Part shown: piece after piece, positions 59,483-64,000 of the stretch
Position numbering within the stretch: the stretch's first letter is position 1
Layout: each line of letters starts with the position of its first letter
Origin: Callorhinchus milii
Taxonomy: Eukaryota
Direction: 5' to 3'
Assembly: GCF_018977255.1 (NCBI RefSeq)
Contig: NW_024704742.1
Coordinates: 35,094,001-35,158,000 of the forward strand
Length of the DNA: 64,000 bases
Translations under genes and position numbers: made by a program
The notes under the pieces: generated by a model
What the model was told of the DNA's origin: nothing
The model's database searches: none
The model's input: the letters and a program-made list of their open reading frames with translations, nothing else

Positions 59483-61914
59483 CCAGAAGATATTGATAGA
59501 GGATAACTGATGTGAGTTACATACATGGGTTCAGATGGATTATATATAGAATAACATATCACCAGGAGTGTGTTACAGACTACAATCTAATTCGTGCAAC
59601 TTTACTCAATATGTTTTAAGAGCGGAGGGTTAAAGAAACTCGGCGGGGAGAGGGAGGAATAGTTACATTTGGGTAATGTGTAGTGCATCCTGGTGATCAG
59701 CTGCTTTCAAGTTGTTGTTTACCTGTTTGATCGACTTGCAGTGTTTACAACACATTTGTTAATCTTTCAGTGCGAGTGCTTTCACACAACGCCTTGAGCA
59801 GTCTGTCAAGAGACTGGTTTAATAAATTCTTCTCTGTGCAACTTCAAGATTTTAGAAATGTCACCCAAGTTCACTTTTAGAGTTTATTGTGACATTGGTC
59901 ATAGTATAGAATTAAAACAGGAGGAGGGAGGGGAATTTGCAGAAGCCAGTTGTATACAAATATTTTGTTATATTGAAGCCTTTTAGCCATTATATATGGA
60001 ATAAATTGCAGCAATTGCAAAGGCTGAACACCTTACAGGCAACAAAGTTGTCAGTTATATTTACAGCACATTGGGACCTCTTGCCAAATTCAACATCTAG
60101 CACATGTATGGTATAACATATTTATAAACTTTAATGAGAATGCTTTGCCTTTATTTAGCTATTATGTTCAAAATCTGAACTGGAATTAAATGAAAACATC
60201 AAAAGAAAATAAAGACCCCATATGTTTTGTATTTTTCAATTTTGTTCCGTCCATTCCTGAAAGTACTGATTCATGGTGATTCAATTCCACAGATTCTGTC
60301 AACCCTCCGATATCTTTCTAAATAGCCATACTTATGTCAACGGGCTATTTGACCCTGAAGTATATCATAGTTCATCTGGATCCTTCCCTGTTATCCTCAA
60401 CTGATATTGTATATCTCTACAACTCACAATTTTGTTGCTTGTGAGTTATTTGAGCTTCCAGATCTAATCGCTATAATGTCCTTGACTCGTTTGCTCATAG
60501 ACTCACACTTTGCAGTCGGTAACAATCTACAATTTAGTGAAAACTGAAGTGAAGATGAGGTTAGATGAACAAGATCCCAATTTATTGCAAACATAACAAT
60601 ATGAACAAGACAACATAAGTTCTTAATATTTTAAGAATACTATATATCCTAAATAGTGGTTTGTGTGTTGTAGGATGATTCAGGATGAATATTGTGATGA
60701 ATATAAAAGGGCGTAATTGTAAAGTTGAGGCTGGAATTGATTGCTGTATTCCTACCACTTGTAGCTGAATAGTGTTAGTTGACAGGCTGTGAAATTTCAG
60801 GAGATGTTTCATAATATATATATATTTCATAATATCTCAATGAAATGGTTATTTTCATTATTAAATTCAAAGTCTGTTACTATTTTAAAGCAAGTCATTT
60901 GCTGTAGTTGGGCATTTGAAAAAAAGCCAGTGTTGAGCTCCAGTGTACTTTTGAAGTATCCATTATTGTACATAACTTCCAGGTTTCTGTCAAGTTGCTC
61001 CAGGTTGTATGATTGAATAAAACTGATGAGAACCAATGAACATTATGCCTTCAATCCCATTTGATACAGGAGAAATATTGTCAATTTTAGAGTTTGATGA
61101 AGATTTTGACTTAGCTGGTAAATTTTGTACTTGTCAGGAAGAGGGAAATCAGTAATAATGTTGGGGATGGAATGCTTTCCCAGTTTGGGCACCTTGTGCC
61201 AGGATCAAGCACTTCTGGGTCAAGTGCAGTACAGTTAAATGCTTAAATGCAGCATAAAGCTAGTTCTTGTTATTCTGTTCCAACAATGTTCCTGCATCCC
61301 TTGCTGCATTTTCCAATTTGGATACAAACCATTCTGTGACCCTTATGAGCAAGATTGTTGAGTTTTGGATAGTTAGCCACTTTAATACCTACCTTTTCGA
61401 CTGCTTATGTCACCTCCTCCCTACTTAAAATATAGTTGGCTATATTTTAAAAATAAAAGTGTGAACGCAGTAGTATAGTATCTTGCTTGAGGTGGAACTT
61501 GGTAATTGGAATTCAAGCTGAAAAATGAGCCTGTCACATTGATCTAAGATTTTATTTGAAAGAATTCCTCTTCAAGAAGATTGGTAATGTGGAAATTTCC
61601 TCTCTGATTGATGAGCTTGCACCTATCCGAATTGCTTGATATGTTTTATAATGGAGTGGATGCAAACAGTGCACATGCTAGGAAACAGTTTTGTCTTTCC
61701 ATTCTGTGGAAGTGCAATTGCATCATCTTTGATCTTGAATTCTGTGCCTTTCAGATCATTGGCCTTTCAGAATATTTGGCTCAGAAGTTATTCTGTTCAT
61801 TGATTTTTCCATAGTCAGTTACTATGTTTCAAATGTTTTTAAAAAAAACTTTATTAGAGCAGAAGCGGGACATTGGATGAAAACAAAATACCAGATGTAG
61901 AGTATTTATATTAT

Positions 61915-62279
61915 GGAGTCCTGTAGCTCAGTGGTTAGAGCACTTGCCTCGCAAGCGAGAAATCTGGGTTCTATTCCTGGCAGGCGAAATGTTGGGCAAG
62001 TTTCCTTACTCCACACGCCTCTGTTTACCGAGCAGTAAGTAGGAACCTGGTTTTTAGTTTATTAGCGGATTGCTTTTCCGGGGATAATAATCCTTAAAAA
62101 AACAATAATAATTTGGTTACTTCAATCTACGACTGTTTGTGGGACACTGCTGTGCGCAAATTGGCTGCCCCGTTTCGCTCACAAATATACTGTCAATTCA
62201 CTTTACAATATATTCTGTGAAGAGTTTTGAGACATCTAGAAGACATGAAAAGTGCTATATCAAATGCAAGGATTATTAT
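61915..62279 (+). mobile_element. tRNA-derived SINE, full length, long form ('family B', resembles chimaera SINE2-type elements)
   Basis: A box tagctcagtgg, B box ggttctattcc, central gggcaagtttccttactccacacgcctctgtttacc..., tail gctatatcaaatgcaaggattattat. Confidence 0.85.
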
Positions 62280-64000
62280 ATTAAAAAAATAATGCTACCA
62301 GTACAATATATTAAACTATCATATTAAAGGGTTTTAACAGGTAATTCACTATTGAACCTAAACTTGCTCATTTAAAGCATATTTTCACTTCAGTGAAATT
62401 CCTTTTTTTATCCTCCGCATAGCATTTTACTATTAAGTTTGTGCTGGGTAGCCTAGATTCTCCTGAGAGTTTTTTATAAACTTTTTTTTTAACTTGCCAA
62501 TTCAGTTTGTTAAACGGCAACTTTGTTTCCAAAGAGAGCCACTTGGAAAATGTGTTCCATCTCGCTTCCTCTCACCCCCACCCCAACAGTTGTTTCACTC
62601 CCAGAAACGGGTTTTTATTTTGAAGAGTTTTTTAAAAGCATTTTTTAAAAAAAATTAAGAAGATAACTTAATCACAGGGTTCGATTCCTGGGCAGCATGA
62701 ACCATAGGCAAGTTTATTTTGTGAAATGCTTTGAGACGTCTCAATGATGTGATAAGGTGCTATATCAAATGCAAGGATTATAATTATTATGTGTTTAGAA
62801 CATATGTGCAGAAACTCCTCTACATCAATCTATAAGGTATGCAATTTAAGAATATGAGGTGCAGTTGTATCCAACTATCTTAGAACTTTCATGTAAACAA
62901 AAAACTTTCATGAGTTTCCCAAGCATTTTCACTCATCATGTTAATCTTAAAATTTGTATCTAACTGATTTTAATTTCCCTGTAAGGCATGTTTGAATGGG
63001 GTTGCTGAGTTTAGAATTAAATGAATTAATTTCACTTATAGAAGACATTAGAATTGGCACCCAGCATTTATGTATTTCAGCTGCTTGATTGATTTTTGCT
63101 GTGTAGCTGTTTATTTAACACAGTTCATTGGTGACTCAGTGTGTACCTCAAATCAGCATAAACATGTTGTTGACGACTGTTAAAAACCTCAACACAAGGG
63201 TGGCACTCACTTTGCTATCTGTGGGATTCCCCGATAATGTGAACTCCTATTAACCACTCACATTATTAAAGTGAACCAGTTTGCAAAGCATTGCTCAAAA
63301 AGTGGGCCTCTTAGAGATATTAGTGGTAGTAAAGCAGAGTATAGCTCACCTATTTAATGTTTACCTTGCCTTAATTTTCACAGAAGAGAGGGATAGAATT
63401 AAAGGGAATAGGGCTCAGCTACTTGGGATAAGGATCGAAAAGGAAACCATGTTTTTTTAAAAAAGAGGTTTTGTAGTACTTTATTCACAATATTGTATAT
63501 CTGTATTGCAGGATCTTTTTCAGGCTCAAATAGCGATATGAGGGCAACAGATCTGATCATTATTTTTGTTAATATAGTATTGAGAGTCTTAGAATTTTGG
63601 TTGAGCATTTAACAGTTTCGACAAAAGTAACTTGTTCAGGAGACCCCAAAAAATGCAATTTTTATTAAAATTTCAAAGGTACAATTATACTTTTAATGCT
63701 GATGTTTATATGTTTCGGTTTGCAGATTATGATCTGTTTGGAGATGTACAGAGTGCTGACAAGCCCATAAACGTATAGTAGACTTTCCATCCTAGCATTG
63801 TCTGAAAAAGCATCAGATTATTTTGTCAGGAGACACTGGGCCAAATTACACTCAAGTACCTTCTTGGGTGGAGTGTGTACAGGGTGACCAAAATGTTGTG
63901 ATACCATTACAATGTGTAATAAGTCTTAAAGAAAGAATGATATTTGTTTGATTGGTTTTCTTTCTGTAATATTGTTAAATGAACCCCATGTTCTCAGTCT

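Noticed and set aside
61915..61990. tRNA gene
   Set aside because: The A/B boxes are the head of a SINE and continue into SINE body and tail.
48200..64000. BMP2K exon 2 (GFSTVFLVR-like)
   Set aside because: No matching exon found by eye; it probably lies beyond the window.

Overview
Eukaryotic, vertebrate genomic DNA. The repeat content (DeuSINE/SacSINE1-like SINEs, L2 and CR1 LINEs, a Penelope-type inverted repeat) points to a cartilaginous fish, probably a holocephalan; this is inference. The window holds the complete coding region of annexin A3 (ANXA3, + strand): 12 coding exons at 2924-26758, 978 nt, 325 aa, all introns GT-AG; its non-coding exon 1 was not found and is presumably upstream. 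About 19 kb downstream lie the CpG-island promoter and first coding exon of BMP2K (46324-46495), the same ANXA3-BMP2K order as in human. The rest of the window is BMP2K intron 1, which opens with a ~1.5 kb G-rich 29-bp minisatellite. The most notable accessory element is an antisense, multiply deleted provirus-like element at ~170-2185, with a putative LTR, tRNA-Ser PBS, RT C-half, a degenerate RNase-H 'tether' and integrase core; it looks retroviral rather than a plain Ty3/Gypsy. Other points of interest: the upstream half of the BMP2K CpG island is built from GC-enriched transposon copies; a duplicated FOX/ETS/E-box/GATA module lies upstream of BMP2K; an inverted templated insertion sits inside an L2; a palindromic Penelope-type element has a 14-bp TSD; and an unclassified repeat family has one internally inverted copy. 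Most of the supplied ORF track is spurious or TE-derived.
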